NCBI RefSeq assembly: GCF_052425735.1
Contig: NC_135770.1
Coordinates: 11,222,001-11,286,000, forward strand
Source: Oculina patagonica
Taxonomy: Eukaryota
Reading direction: 5' to 3'
Length of the DNA: 64,000 nt
In this document: positions 12,347 to 26,238 of the stretch, piece by piece
How the letters are laid out: every line of letters starts with the position of its first letter
Numbering within the stretch: the stretch's first letter is position 1
Notes under the pieces: model-generated
Told to the model about the DNA's origin: nothing
What the model saw: only the letters and a program-made list of their open reading frames with translations
Databases searched by the model: none
Position numbers and translations under genes: made by a program

Positions 12347-15300
12347 TCAGTTATATTCTACGAACTGAACTGATCGCTGCCACGGAAATGTTTTTCTCGC
12401 CGATTTCGTTCTTCCATCTTTAGTTATTGCCAGATACCATAACTTGTTAAGCTTTGAACGAAATCTTGTGTATCCCTTGGGCGAAAGATCTTGAAAGAAC
12501 ACACAGCCCTGATCTGCCTTGGCTTGTTGGGACAGCTGCGGATCAATACAAGAGTTATTTATGTCAGTACTTCAGCCGCGTGTTCAGTCTTATCTCGCTT
12601 ATGCGCGTTGCCTGTTTGGGGGATATGACATGGAGTATTGGCCATGGGAAAGAAGAGTATCACATCAGTGTCTGTAACTCGTGGCGTGACAGAAACTAAA
12701 TTGTCAGTTTGACCAGAAAATTTTACAACCTCCGCGCGTTTTCGCTAACTGAAAAATTGCTTTTCTATTTTAAAAAATGCTGTAAATTTGGCGCAAAGAT
12801 TGACGTTTCAGGGGTGTCTCGGTACCCCTTCTTATCGAGGCTGTCTAAGTATTCGGCTAGACAATATGATCAGTCTGTCTCGATATCTCAGAACACGAAT
12901 CATTTAAGTACCCGGGCAGACGATATGGCATTAAGTGATTTTGTCTCACAATGACTAATCGTTGTGCCGGTTTTACAGATAAGTTAACTGACACTTCTCA
13001 CCCATCAGCCTTAGAGTACGGCGATGTATCACCATTTGTTTTTATCTTCCCCCTCATCACGTATGAATAAGTTTTTTTCTCATTTCCTCTTGCCCTTCCC
13101 GTCACCTTTCTATCCCAGCCCAATTTCTTAACTCAAATGTCATATGTTTTTAATGTTTCAGAATGAGCTATCCCGCAATGCTATATTTGTTCTGGGTTTT
13201 ATTCTCTGTGACACCTGTTTGCATAGCGCATGTTAAGGAATGTCTGTGTGTAAATCTGTGTTTTATTAATACATTTCTCTGTTCTATGTTGGCTCGTTAT
13301 ATCTTTTATTCCTCTTCATGGGAGGTTACTACATGGCCTGCCTGTCTGTCGTCTGCGGTTAAGACGTTTTTCCTCCGTACTTCATTGAGAAGTCAACGCA
13401 TACTTCAATGTTTAAAACAGACAGTCTTCCTAACGAAAACACGAACTCGCGAAATGTTCTCCCTTGCGTACATCCGTGACAAATAACGTAGTTTGTGAAT
13501 CTCATCCGGATCAAAAACATTTTCCTCGACGATTCTCGCTGTCGTAAAACCGTATAGGGCAACTTTCAGATGCGCACCCATTTCCGTGAGAAATCCCCGC
13601 CCTTGGGGTCAAAAGTGCTTCATATGCCTCGTCATTCTGTGGAAAAGTTTTGCACTGTTTCTCATTGTTTTTTTTTTCTCACGAAGCTTTTCTAAACTGA
13701 GCCAAACCACCATATAAACCGATGCCAAATTTTCTACATACCCCCAGGGCATGTATGGTTTCGCCTCAGGGGGTACGTTAAAGTTTGCAATACTTTACAA
13801 CCCCGATCAGTATAACAAACCATACCCAATACACTGATACAAGAAACCGTTTCTAGTGGAAACGGTCGACTCCAAAATATTAAAAGACATTGCCCAACTG
13901 GACTTTTTTTCATGCATTTGCCATTACAAACATCACACCCAGAGAACAGATGTTAAAGTTGTCATGATTTTATCCGAAAGTGATAAATAAACGTTTAAAA
14001 CTTACTTGCGCTACGACTGTTCCATGCTTGTCGAAACATAAACATACACTTCCATCGTATGACTTCAATATAATTTGACCCCCAGATCCCAATGATTCCA
14101 GCTTGATCTTAACTGCAAAACAAAAGATAATATCATTACAACCAAGCATAGCGAATGTGATAAACCTACGAGTGGCTGTGATACTGTCACGCTGCTGTGA
14201 AAATTGCGCTATCTGTGACACGATACATACTGTACTTAGCGCGCGCACGCGAAACGAAAACGTGATCGAGCGTTTTACGAAAGAAAAGTGTTTTTTTGTG
14301 AAACTTAAATGTTTTCCACCTTGTGTAGTGCTAATACAGTTTCTTAAAAGATAGCCGGTGTAAACTACATCGGTGATTTAAGGGCGATACAAGTATTAAA
14401 TAGATTCAAAATTCAATTCATCGAAGACAGCTTCGATATCGCACCAAAATCGCCGGTAGTTTATACATGGGACGTGATTTGTGGTCGCATTTCATAAACT
14501 CTCGCGTGAAGTCGGTACAAAATAAGTCCGTGTTCACCCATTCACCGGCCATTAAAAAAAATTAAGACCTCTTTGTTAACATTATGATCGTTAATTAAAA
14601 ACAAAAAGGTCGGCGGAAAGACAAGTCCGGTTCACAACACTCACCATTTAACTCGTGTTTGTCACCGCTGCCGTCAACTTTGCCGTTGTGAATTCGTACA
14701 AACTTCGCACTGTTTCTCGAGTACAATCTTTTGTACTTGTGGATTCCGACAACATTTTTATTGTCCATTACATCTTTCGGGTTTATACCACTGTTCTCTA
14801 GCGCTTGTATGTCCTGAAAAATGAAAGTAAACAACATTTAATTACATTGCGGACCTACCAAGGCGATCGAACGTTCGGCAGGCTTTGCGCTGTGGTTTCG
14901 GTGGCCCTATGCAGGATATATCAGTTTGCTTGCTAGTCTTTTAGTGGTCTTGCCGCCTTTGCTGTGAAACGAAGACCGCGCAGGGTAAACATTCCGTGGA
15001 CTGCGCGCGCGGCGGTAAGTAAACTTGCGTGGGAGTTTCAAGTTGTTTTTCCGCCAACGAGCTCGAGATCGACTGTCGCGTTTGACAGCCATGACAAAGT
15101 TCCCGCGAATTGCCAAGAAAAACAACAGTCTCAAATATCAGGACAGCTGGAAGATACATACAGGAACCATTGTATCTAAGATGATTATTGACCTCTGACA
15201 TAAGGATTTTATTATCTTCCAGCCGCGATTTAACTGGTAACTGAAATTCCTCGCAGGTAAATTGTTGTCCTTGCTCTATCGCCACCAGACTGATATTTTT

Positions 15301-15879
15301 GTGCACTGGCTTCCTAGTGTTGAGAGGCAATAACAATGCCTCTCCTGATACGAATCTTCTTAATATTGGTCGAATGACGTAAATTCTTTGAGGGAAGTCG
15401 ACATGCATGGCCTTTTTAATAAAATCTGAAATATTTAGCACTGAATTAAAAATTCCACAAAAGTTCACCAACTTTTAAAAAAACGTTCTAACAACGTGCC
15501 ATACACAACGATTTGCAAAAATTAGCTCAAATAGATAAGACTTTTTTTGAAGTACGGCATTTTGCGCAAATGATGTTTTAATTGTTAACTTAGGCTCAAG
15601 AGCCTTTTCAATATACAAGCGAACGCGAGCGATTTAGAAAAGCAAAATACAAAAATTGTAAAAGTCCTTACCGCATTATGTGGAGTCGATTTTCTTGTGG
15701 GCATTGCAAGACATCTGCGAATTAAAACAAAGAACGCGCTTTAAATGTTGGAAATTAAAGTGGCTCACCAACTCAAAGTCAAAGGAGAACTCCGTTTGTG
15801 AAATAAATGATAAAAAGCTTACTCACGATGACAGGCATATAACATAAATAATCCAAGTGTAGAGTTGTTCCCACGCCAT
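12347..15879 (-). CDS. FGF8-like: Fibroblast growth factor, FGF8/17/18-like, ~186 aa, 5 coding exons (15879-15827, 15714-15672, 14813-14645, 14112-14006, 12535-12347)
   Basis: GT-AG, phase-consistent splicing gives a signal peptide (MAWEQLYTWIIYVICLSSCLA) and an FGF core: KRLYSRNSAKFVRIHNGKVDG...CLCFDKHG...CVFFQDLSPKGYTRFRS...WYLAITKDGRTKSARKT...QRSVQF. The LYSR motif and split 5' exons resemble the FGF8 subfamily. Confidence 0.92.
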
Positions 15880-16009
15880 CTTTATGTTGAGTTTGTATGA
15901 GGTGTCAGTGCTACCTGCGTTTGATAGTCCTTTGTAAATTGTGGAATTCAGGTGCTGTTGACCTTACTGATGCGTGTAATGATTATGTCGTCTCATTCAG
16001 TTATCCAGC

Positions 16010-16017
16010 TTTTATAT
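16010..16017 (-). promoter_or_regulatory. Putative TATA box of the FGF gene
   Basis: ATATAAAA on the minus strand ~130 bp upstream of the ATG at 15879. Confidence 0.5.
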
Positions 16018-19000
16018 CCCTGTTTACCGCCCGGCCGGACACGCGAGCCTGCTGACAGATGTCGTCGTCAAGTGGTCGGCATGCCGAACATTCCACGAAC
16101 TCGGTCTCTCCGAACGACGTTTCCTTGATACAAATAGCGAACAATAGGGCCAACCGAACAGCCGACCCCGCCCCGAAGTTGTCGCAGAATCACGTAATAG
16201 CACGCACAATGCTGTCACCGGAATTGGAGCTTTCAAATGAGTTTTTCTCAACGTGTATGCGGAAAGCGAGGGTCGTGTAGGAGTACTGTGGCTTATCTTG
16301 CGAACCACACCAATCAGTTTACAAGGGTCTGCAATTCACGTGGTCATAATGTTAACGCAAAACCTTTAATGGCTGTTATATTATTTTCAGTTCGCAGCAC
16401 TTGAAAAATGTTCCGGTTAGTAAAGCATACAGTTCTGACGCAAAAGGAACAAATTCATGATAGGCTATTCAATGGATATTTTCTTTGTCGCAGGAAGCAT
16501 CGCCGTCGCCGTTTAAACAATTATTTACAAAGATACTTGTGCGCTGACTGACCGGTTGTGCTAAAAAGGCTGGATTCAGCTTGAGACAAAAATACCCTTC
16601 CAAATTTAAGGCTTCCCTTTAGGGATTTACAAAATTCGGGTTTGGTTTCTTTCCTTGTCGGAAGCGAGACGCTATTTCATTTTCCCAAGCAAATAAACCC
16701 TAAAAATGTCTTACTCCTAAGCAACGCTAGAATCCAGTCAGATCACTCGAGTGTCAAATATTATGCAAAACTTTAGCCTACACAAACAATCTGTTCTCGC
16801 AAATTCTGGAATTGTCGTACAAACAAAGGCAAGGATTAAAAGTTCAGCAAAGAAAACGTATTGAGCCCCCTCAAGAGAGGCGGCGTAAAAACATTTCTGT
16901 ACCGTAACGTAATTTTAGATTAATGTTGTCTTTAAAAGAACATTTGTACACGTGGGAGGGGTTTTCCCCGAGTCATTTATTTAGAGGTGTGTAGGTCTGA
17001 TATTGTCACTTAGAGCCGAATGAAGTGAAAATAGCGCAAAACGGTGAACAATTTTTAATCAAAAAAGGATGTGCCAAATTCCTTTGACTATCTTATTCCC
17101 CTAATTATTGAAACCAGTTTGAAGAAAATTATGATTTTTTTGGTTGTGGAAGGAAAACTAATGGCGTTGGTCAGACGAATCCGGTTGGCACTTTAGATGT
17201 ATCTATAACATTTCTGATTGAGGGTATTTTTCTGACGAAGGTTGCATAATTTTCGCTTATGTCATTAAAAAATGAATAGTTCATTAAAGCTCGTAGAATT
17301 TTCTGGGGTTGCATTAAACTAGTGTGTGGGTTTTTATAAAAAAGAAAAGAATTTTTTAAGTGTGTGGAATCCAGTATTTTGAATCAGTTATGCAGTTTTC
17401 TTGTTGCCTAGTCTAACCACACAATGGCATAAACGAAAGGGAAATTAGGATAAGAATTTCTATTATATAAATAAGTACATTACATCATGTGACAAACACT
17501 TTGTCGCTATATTTCAGACGTGGCGGCCTCTGTGGTTCCTATATCTCGCTGAATTGCCAAATTGATGATGGCTTTTTCAGCTTTTTAAAATTTCTCGGGC
17601 CGGAATTATTTTAAGTGCCTATTTACAGCGGTTCAAATTTAGATCGATTTTTCGATAAAGAGCTTGTGAATACTTTGTTTGGTGACCGCTCGTGCAATGC
17701 GTTGATATTTCATGACCAAGAAAGAAAATGTATGACTGTTATGACGTCAATAAGTCACATAAGCCGGTGGTTGATGAGTTTGTATATTTGTAAGTATATG
17801 TTTTGATAAAATTGAAATTTTACCCGCAAATCACATCCTTATTAATTATACAGCAATAGTTAGCTTGAAGCAAGTAGTTGCTGAGTTGCTAGATCGTAAA
17901 AGATAAGAGAGGTATTAATGCCCTCGTTGCGTTTGACCCTTTTTCTTTTACAACCATATCAGTTAAACTTCCGGAAATTTACCATGCAACCAGTCATGAA
18001 AAAACTATATTTAGTCCATACTTAATTTATATTTGTTACGGAGTTTGTGAAGTTCCGGAGGCAAAAATCGCTCAAAAATGGTCAATGCTCGAAACGATTT
18101 ACGTATTTAAAAAAAACATAGTACATCAGAGGCACCTTGAAAATTTATTTCCTTTAAATTCCTTCAGGTCTTGTTTTTCCCACAGGAAAGGAAAACAAAC
18201 AACTTTACCTTGAGATCAAAACAAACATCGCAGCCTACAAACGCAATTTCAATCTTCGCCAAATTGGAGCCGAGTCAGGTTTCTGTTTTCAATGGAGACT
18301 ATAAGGCTGAAAAAACAAGGCCCTTGCGTTAACACCTATTGTTCAAGTCATTTGTAAAGGGGCAACGACCGGATAGCCGCACTCCAAACGATTTATATAC
18401 AAATCGGAGGTTCGTAAAGAGGAAATATTCAACATAATTGTGGTTTGTTTAAGTTCAGAGGCTGCAGATAGTCTTCAGTGTTAATACAATGCCGGCAAAG
18501 AATCAAACAAGCTAAACTCAAATCCAATTTGGCCTCGTTTACTGAAAACGCACGTGCTAAGCTAAGAACACACTTCTATATACTGTATGCATAATATTTC
18601 GACTATGCGTTACGGTTTCTTTAAGAAGAGAGCTTTCGATCGATAGAAAATAGAGAGCTTGTGTTAATTGAGGGATATCTATTAACACGAAGCGACCACT
18701 GCAAGTCTACTGCATATTGTCACGTAGTTTTTGCAACCAAGTTGGAAAACTTTAGTAAAGAAACGGGAAATCTTAGTATAGTGTAAAGTATATTGATGGC
18801 ATATATCCTTAAACCACTAATCTCGTTTTTTTATTGAGAATTTACAAATTCGTCCACTCTTGGTGTGCTTTTTTTTTTAATGTTTAGTTATCCGATTAAG
18901 TTCTTAGCACGTTTTGACTAGCAAATGACAAAAACACTAAAAACTGAAAAAGTGATAAAAAAGTAAAAGAAAGATGTAAGCTGAACCTGATAATTAACAA

Positions 19001-19810
19001 ATGAAGAAATTGACTCACTATTCGTCGTAGAACCGACTTGCCAACTTTCTAAGAAGTCTTACACGATTATTTGAAGTAATTCCTTTTACTCTTAAAAAAA
19101 AAAACAGCATTACCAAAATCTCATACAAGAATCGCAACTAGTTGTGTAATGAATAAAATTTGACCTCAGTTTATTGAGTTTAAATCGTGTTATAATTCAA
19201 GTCATTTTATGCTTTCAAGACCAATATCAGAATGTGTTTTTAGATCTGAACTAATATTACGCTAATCCCTACACGACCTTTAAGTGCATGGAAGGTATTT
19301 CTCTAGGTCCGTTCTCTCAACCGTCACCGACCAGTTTTGTAACCGTTTGTTCGAACAGTTCTTTCGAAATACAGCCCTTAAAGAACAATAAAGCGCATAA
19401 CTCAGATCTAACGAAGCTTTAAGCCAGGCAAAATAAGAGAGATGTTTGCTTACTTAGAGTTACTTTTAGAGTAAATTAAAATAAGGGATTGCAAGTTCAA
19501 TACAAGGAGCCTGTATGGTGCGTTGCTCTCAGAAATGAGCAAGGGCATGCTTATAGAACTCGAGACTCTGCACGAACAATTAGCATAATCGACATACTCG
19601 GCAACCAACAGCCATTCAAACTCAAGACACGCTTATGATTTCGCTTATCGTCAAGTTGAAACTTGTATTTTTTTATATATTTCTCGTTAGTAAAGAAATC
19701 AACTAATTTCAACAAAATCAGCTGACAAAACTAGGTTAAGTTGATGTGATACAAGAATTATTCACCAAGGGAGGTGTGCTATACGTAAAATTCCCAAACT
19801 TATTAGCTAT

Positions 19811-19978
19811 ATAGACCTCTTTCATAAATGGGGTCTAATTGTTATTCTTAGTGATGTAATAAGCCCGTAGCCCGCAAAGATAAAAATAAAAGAATTTTTA
19901 GTCAAAAACGAGGCGGAAGGCTATTTGCAGTGCACAAAAGAATAATTATTATGCTCGCCATTTATGAAAGAGGTCTAT
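19811..19978. mobile_element. Short MITE
   Basis: 21-bp TIR ATAGACCTCTTTCATAAATGG / CCATTTATGAAAGAGGTCTAT. Confidence 0.75.
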
Positions 19979-20008
19979 TAGTCTGACATTATCAACTTAT
20001 AAATTTAA

Positions 20009-20353
20009 GGTGGCTCTGCAACCGCTCCGGAGAAATTTTTTAAAATTTGCAAAATGATGTACCTTAACATGCTGATCATTATTTAATAATAAGAAATTGA
20101 GGTCACTGGACTCGTTTTTGAGTTATTAACGCTTGAAGCTAAATAAAGGGTGTTTAACAGGTTATACCGTTGCTATGGTTACCAGTGAGGTCAAGAAAAT
20201 AACCACAATTTGTATTTCAATGACTGGGCATTTTGTTTGATACCATGTATGTAGTGGTAGCTTTATATAAATATTTGTAGCACTAACCCATCGAAGTTAG
20301 GAGACTCAAAGTATGAGAGCGGAAAGTGCTGGATTCAACTGTTTTGGGCCTCC
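20009..20353. mobile_element. Kolobok-like non-autonomous element
   Basis: TTAA on both sides, with termini GGTGGCTC...GGGCCTCC. Confidence 0.6.
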
Positions 20354-21924
20354 TTAATAAAAGTGAGAAAGATTGTGACGGATAGTGCGCCGACGACAAT
20401 TTTGAGAAAGTTATGCGTCATTTTCAGTGGCTGTGCGTCACACGAGAATTTTGTCCTCTCACTGAATGGATATTGCAAAGGAAAATTTAAAAGCTGGCCG
20501 CCCGTGGACATTCAAAGAGTTAAAGCACCTTTTCAACGAACGCCCACATTCTTTTTTAAGATCGTTCCCGCCTTTTTCCTTCTTAACATGTGTACATGTG
20601 TTGTTTTAAACTTAATACGTGCTTGTTAACTCGCTGAGCCAATTCATTACACAACATAAACATAATCTTCTTTCAACTTTTTACACGGTAATGAGACTAC
20701 AAGCCGACCAATTTATAATAATTGGATGAAAATCGAAATAAAAAAAAAACTGACCTGCTAAAATTAGAGAGGTCGTGGTCCTAGGAAATGTTTTCAATTC
20801 AATTATTTAGAAATTGTGTGTAGGTGTGTTTGGTTATATCACGCATGAAGCTGTGAAACTTAGTTAGCACTTGAAAGAATAAATTTGCACAGTTGGAAAA
20901 CAAAAAAAGTATGCACGTTTTGGAGTGATAATGCGATTTAAATTTGACATGGAAGAATTTAAACTTACTCAGTCTTGCCAACCTTCGCGTGATTCCACTT
21001 AATTTCCGTTCAAAAAAATACCCGCTTAATAGGGGGCCACGGGTATCAACTGACTACAGCGCTATAAAAAGAAAAAGTGACGATAATTTTTAAATTAATT
21101 TCTCGTGATTTATACGGAAAAAGAACAGTGATACGTCAGAGGTTTCTTGTATGACGTATATATGACTGAATTTTGTTTACGATCGTACGTAACTAGGCTT
21201 TGTAATAAATTGGCATTGGACCAGTTATAAAGTTCAGAAAAGCTGGTCAACACTTGTCGAATTCTCTCTCTCCAGTTGATTATCCACTTAGCAGTATTAT
21301 ATCTTACTGTTATTAAGCCTATTCAGAGTGGTTTTATCAGTGATGACGGGCGAAGGCTCGTTAAGCCAGGATATATGTCAAAGTACGTAATTGTGGTTGG
21401 CAAAGTATACGAGGAAAAAAACGCGCTGAAACACAAGACTTGCGGTTTGAATTAGCGGACATTGTGTAAACTTGCGGTGCATTCCAAACTGTCTAAGCAA
21501 CAAGACTTTCCAGTGGGTTAAATTGTTAGAAAATCATAGATATTTCTTGGAGATACAATGCTTAAAGGAAGTTCTGAGATCGTGAGAGTTAAATTGATTG
21601 GCAGTGCAGAGTTGACGCAAAAAACTCGGGCAAACTTTGTCATGTCCTTGTGTTTCTTGTGTATTGTACTCGCGCCGAATTTAGGTATAATCGAGATAGC
21701 ACCGAAAACCTTTTTTTTATTGGATTTCAAGTTTCAAGTGCATGATGTTTTCATTTCAGACCTCAGTAAAACAGTTGAACTTGAAGAGGAAAAACAAACT
21801 GTTTCTAGCCCTTCTTATAGATTGGAAGGAAGGCTTATTAACTTAGTAAAAATATTCAGTTTTTGCATCAGTGTCTCCTTTATTACGTAATTTGTTTTTG
21901 TTAATTTACGCACATCCCAAATCC

Positions 21925-22855
21925 TTCAAGGTTTTAATCTCATTCAGTGTCAATAAAAATATTGTAGTTTTGCTATGTTTATAACCAAAAAAGACCTGAT
22001 AAAATTTATAAAATTTGAATCTGTCAGCTATCAAAAAAGTACATACACGTTAAAGAGGGTCCGAATGGGGGGGTCCACATGTCAGTAGTCAGTTAAAAGT
22101 CTATTACTTAGTCGGTTGTAGTTATATTTTTCACCCTTTGTCGCTAGTCGGGTGTGAATTGGAGGGTCCTCATGTCGGTAGTCAGTTAAAATTAAATTAT
22201 TTTGTCGTTTGTCAGTTGTATTTTTCGCTCTTTGTCGGTAGTCGGTTAACCCCATTCAGACCCTCGTTAAACTGTAGCCCGTAATTCGGGCGCGTGTGCG
22301 CTTTGAGGTTTTTAATCTCATTTAGTGTTGATTAAAATAACGTAAATTTGCTATGTTTATAATAAAAAAAATAAGACCTTAAAAATTTCTAAAATGTAAA
22401 TCTGTCAGCTATCAAAAAAGGGACTTTAAAACTGTAGCCCGTAATTCGGGCGCAAGTGTGCTTTGAGATTTTAATCTCATTCAGTGTTGATTAAAATAAC
22501 GTAAATTTGCTATGTTTATAATAAAAAAATAAGACCTATACAGTGTCAATAAAAATATCCGGTGGACTTGCTATGTTTATAACTGAAAAAATTGACCTGA
22601 TAAAATTTTAAAAAATTTGACATGAATCTGCTAGCTATCAAGCGTATATACCAGAAACTGTAGCCCGTAATTCGGGCGCGAGTGTGATTTGAGGGTTTTT
22701 TAATCTCATTCAGTGTCACTAAAAATATCCTGGATTTGCTATGTTTATTACCAAAAAATAAGACCATATAAAATTAATAAAGGGGAATCTGTCAGCTATG
22801 AAGTGTTTATATGTAGAACTGTAACCCGTACAAATTCGGGCGCGAGTGTGCAAAA
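21925..22855. repeat. Degenerate ~155-bp tandem repeat (~5 units) interrupted by a MITE at 22055-22265
   Basis: Recurring TTTTAATCTCATTCAGTGT...TTGCTATGTTTATA...AATCTGTCAGCTATC...AACTGTAGCCCGTAATTCGGGCGC. The MITE has TIRs GAGGGTCCGAATGGGG/CCCCATTCAGACCCTC and GTTAAA duplicated on both sides. Confidence 0.8.
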
Positions 22856-25800
22856 CGCAAGGCGAGGATCGAGCGTGACTGCGCGATCGAGGAGAGTGGA
22901 AACTACTTTCTTAACGTAAAATCTTGATTGGTCAGAATTTCAGTAGGTGTGAATAACTGACTTTGTAGAAAAAGATTGTGATAAGTTGTTAGCCCTAATG
23001 CATGCGATCTAAATGAACTCCCAGCAATACTATCTAAATTTATTTCTCGTACTAGGTTCGCGCCATAACAACACTACAAAGCTAGACCATAAGAGTTTTC
23101 GCTACACTAGGAAGCAATACATTATATATGTGTTGGCCAAAGAAGACGAAAGAGCCATTACATCATAAAACTTATCAAAGACGCATCATAACTGAATGAT
23201 GCTTAAAAGTGACAGTGGATATGTTTTCATATCCGTATGGATCGTTCAAATGCCTGATCAGACAAGAAAGAAAGGTAAACGAAAATCAAAGTTTAACTAC
23301 GAAAATCTGCTGACTGGCATGTGCAGTACATCAACTCTCGCGCGCTGTCCATCGAATTTCCACGATGTAAAGCCAACAAAAACTCTATTACAAGCGTGTG
23401 CAAGATTATCGCATAATTTTTCAAATTTTAATCTTTTATTAGAATACGTGTTTAAATTAACGCGTGGTTTGTTTCCAAATTAACGTGTAGTCTATCCAAA
23501 TTTAACGTGCAATTTGTGGGGGTAATTTGTGTCTAAATTAAGGGGTAACTTGTGGCTAAATTAACAAGTAATTTGTGTCTAAATTTAGAGTAATTTGTGT
23601 CTTAATTAACGCGAAATTTGTGTCCAGTTATTTTGGTCATTTTTAGGCGCGGTTTAGATGCTTGTCCATCACGGAAAGTCCATATCCATTTGCAAAAGTC
23701 CGAGGAATTTGCTCATTTTGAAAGTGCAAAGAATTCTGGAATATTTTAAAAAAGGAACCGAATGTTAAATCCGTGAGCTGCATGTTATACAGGCTAGGTC
23801 TGCGGTACCATGGGAAAGTAACAAACTCATCGAGAAGGGATCCGGAAACGATAGGCATAGAAAGCAGGCCAAGTAACTAAACTTTGGATTTCTTGTACGA
23901 ACTATTTGCCTGTCGATCTATTTGAGGCAACAGTTCTATTTTGCCACTCAATGCTATCTTTACTTTTCAAAAATAATCCAGTCCCCAGCTTTTCTTTGAT
24001 TTTCTGTCGCCAGCGCTTACCAAATAAGGGGAAAATACTAATTGAAAATAACGCCCGTTTTCAGTACTTATATATCTTTTTTTATACCTGATGCAAGAGG
24101 ATATTTTATCGCCCGTGACATAACAACACGCGCGCTCGATTTTCCCTGTGATACGCCGAAAATCAAATATTTAAAAAGAAGTGCTTATTAAGTGCATTCT
24201 TATGTTAACCACAGATATTATACAAGAAGATCGATTTATATTTGACCACATAACATAGTCCTTTTATCGTTCGAATCAGTAACAGAGGAGTTGAATTCGT
24301 GTTCACAGGAAATACTGACCAAAAATAGGAAATTCTCGTACGATCTTCGATTTATATCGGAAAGATAGATATAACGAGAAAGTAACAAAGTATATTCAGA
24401 AGAATAAAAGCTCATCTGACCAGATTTCTAAAAAAGCGATGGAATAACTTGCCACGTGATTGCGGTGGGGGGGGGGATTGCGGTACTTGCTGAAACTGGC
24501 CCGAAACAAAATATTGCCCCGTGGCGCTAGCATTCAAGACATCTCTGTATATCTCTTTCTTCCACCAGACAAATTCAATATTATTTGTTGTACCTAGTGA
24601 AAGAAATATCTTAATTGTTCTCTCACGTTCGGCCTAATTAATATGTCGGTAACATTGTGTTGACCTGTCTTTGTCAAGCGTGTTTTGACGTGCTTACACT
24701 CTTTCAATGCGCCGGTTTTTTCCGCCGGAGTCGTGTAAGATGTTCGTTTGTGGTTCGCCGAAATTTCGGTGTCTTGCAAAGTGAGAAGTCTGCAAAATTC
24801 CGTTATTAATTCCTGCGGTAGCTAAAATAGTAAGTGATATATAATCAGCCGGCTTTTTGTGAATTTCAGAAAGAGATTTTTATTTTCTGTTTAAGTACCG
24901 CTCTTCAGTATTTGGTAGATCAATAACAAAAGAAAGCAAGATTTTTAACACATGGCTCGTCGGCATTTTAGATTTCATATAAAGCTCACGAAGTTAACCA
25001 CGTGTTAAGCCACCTTTGTTGTCTACGCGCTTATACACAAGAAATGCGTTAATCAGAGAACAAAAATGCGGTAAAAAGTGAACAAAAAAAGGGGAAAAAG
25101 ATTAACATGTAACAACTTTCTTCAACTTTTCTTCCATGTCACTCAGTTCCAATTCTAAAGTATTAATTCCCTAAACTGTTACACCTGAAAATGTTCAATT
25201 CTTGCGGTAACGTCGTCGTTTCGTTTACGTGATCAGGAAACTTTGGCCAGCCCTTAGTTTAATTCAGCGCTGTTTAAAATCAAATGGGACTCGAACTATA
25301 AGAAACAAAACCCTAAGAGATTAGAGACATTATTGTATGTTGTGAGCCTGGGTTTTCCTTAGGTTCAGCTATTCCAAAGTTAGTTTAACAAACCTGCGGT
25401 GAGGTGAAGGCATCATATACGCTTTGCAATGAAGAAAATAACTTTGAATACTCAGTATTCAGGGCCGTAACAAGCAAGAGGCAAGACGAGGCACTACCCT
25501 CGTCTAGATTTAAACCCAAAATTTAAAAAAAAATTTTTTTATTTGGGAAAAAAATTTTTTTTTTTTTTTTTTACCCCCCCCCCAACCTATTTTTTTTTTT
25601 AATACCCCCCCCTTTTGGTATAAGCCAAAGTTAAATTCTTTTCAAGGCAGTATTGTTTTGAAACTAGACAAGAACGAGACTTATTAATTAACGGAAAAGT
25701 TGTTGAATTGAAAGTTACAAAGACTTTGAAGTGGAAAAAATGAGGCGCATAAAACGAACCTGTTTCTCAATTACTTATCAGACAAACTCTTATATTCTTA

Positions 25801-26175
25801 TTTAGACAGCATTGTTATAACACTTGGAAACTTGAATAATAAAAATAGTCTGAGTTACAATTAATGTCGCGTTAACAAAAGTCTGTTGTATACTTTAAAA
25901 CAGAAAGGTAGCAATTTTCTTCAATTTTAGATAATTGTTATATTCTTATCTAGACACTATTGTCAAAACACACGACATGAACAATAAAATGGCCGTTTAA
26001 GTTACAATAAACATCACACTAGCAAAAATTAACTGTATATTACAAAATAGTAAATTAGCAGAATTTTCAGACAGCCGCTTTAATTTTTATTTGGACAGTA
26101 TTGTTAAAACACGCGCCATCAACAAAATTGGCGTTTAAGACGAAACAAAAGTCGGAGTAGCTTAAGTCACTGAAG

Positions 26176-26183
26176 ATATATAA
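26176..26183 (+). promoter_or_regulatory. Putative TATA box of Pinhead-like gene A
   Basis: ATATATAA ~60 bp upstream of the ATG at 26239. Confidence 0.55.
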
Positions 26184-26238
26184 GCGCTGTAACATCAGTC
26201 ACATCTCATTTACGCCTAAAGACGACCGGGTTCTAAAA

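Noticed and set aside
14941-15471. 176-aa ORF on the minus strand
   Set aside because: Lies in FGF intron 2. Exon 2 (phase 0) joins directly to the exon at 14813, and the ORF has no recognisable domain.
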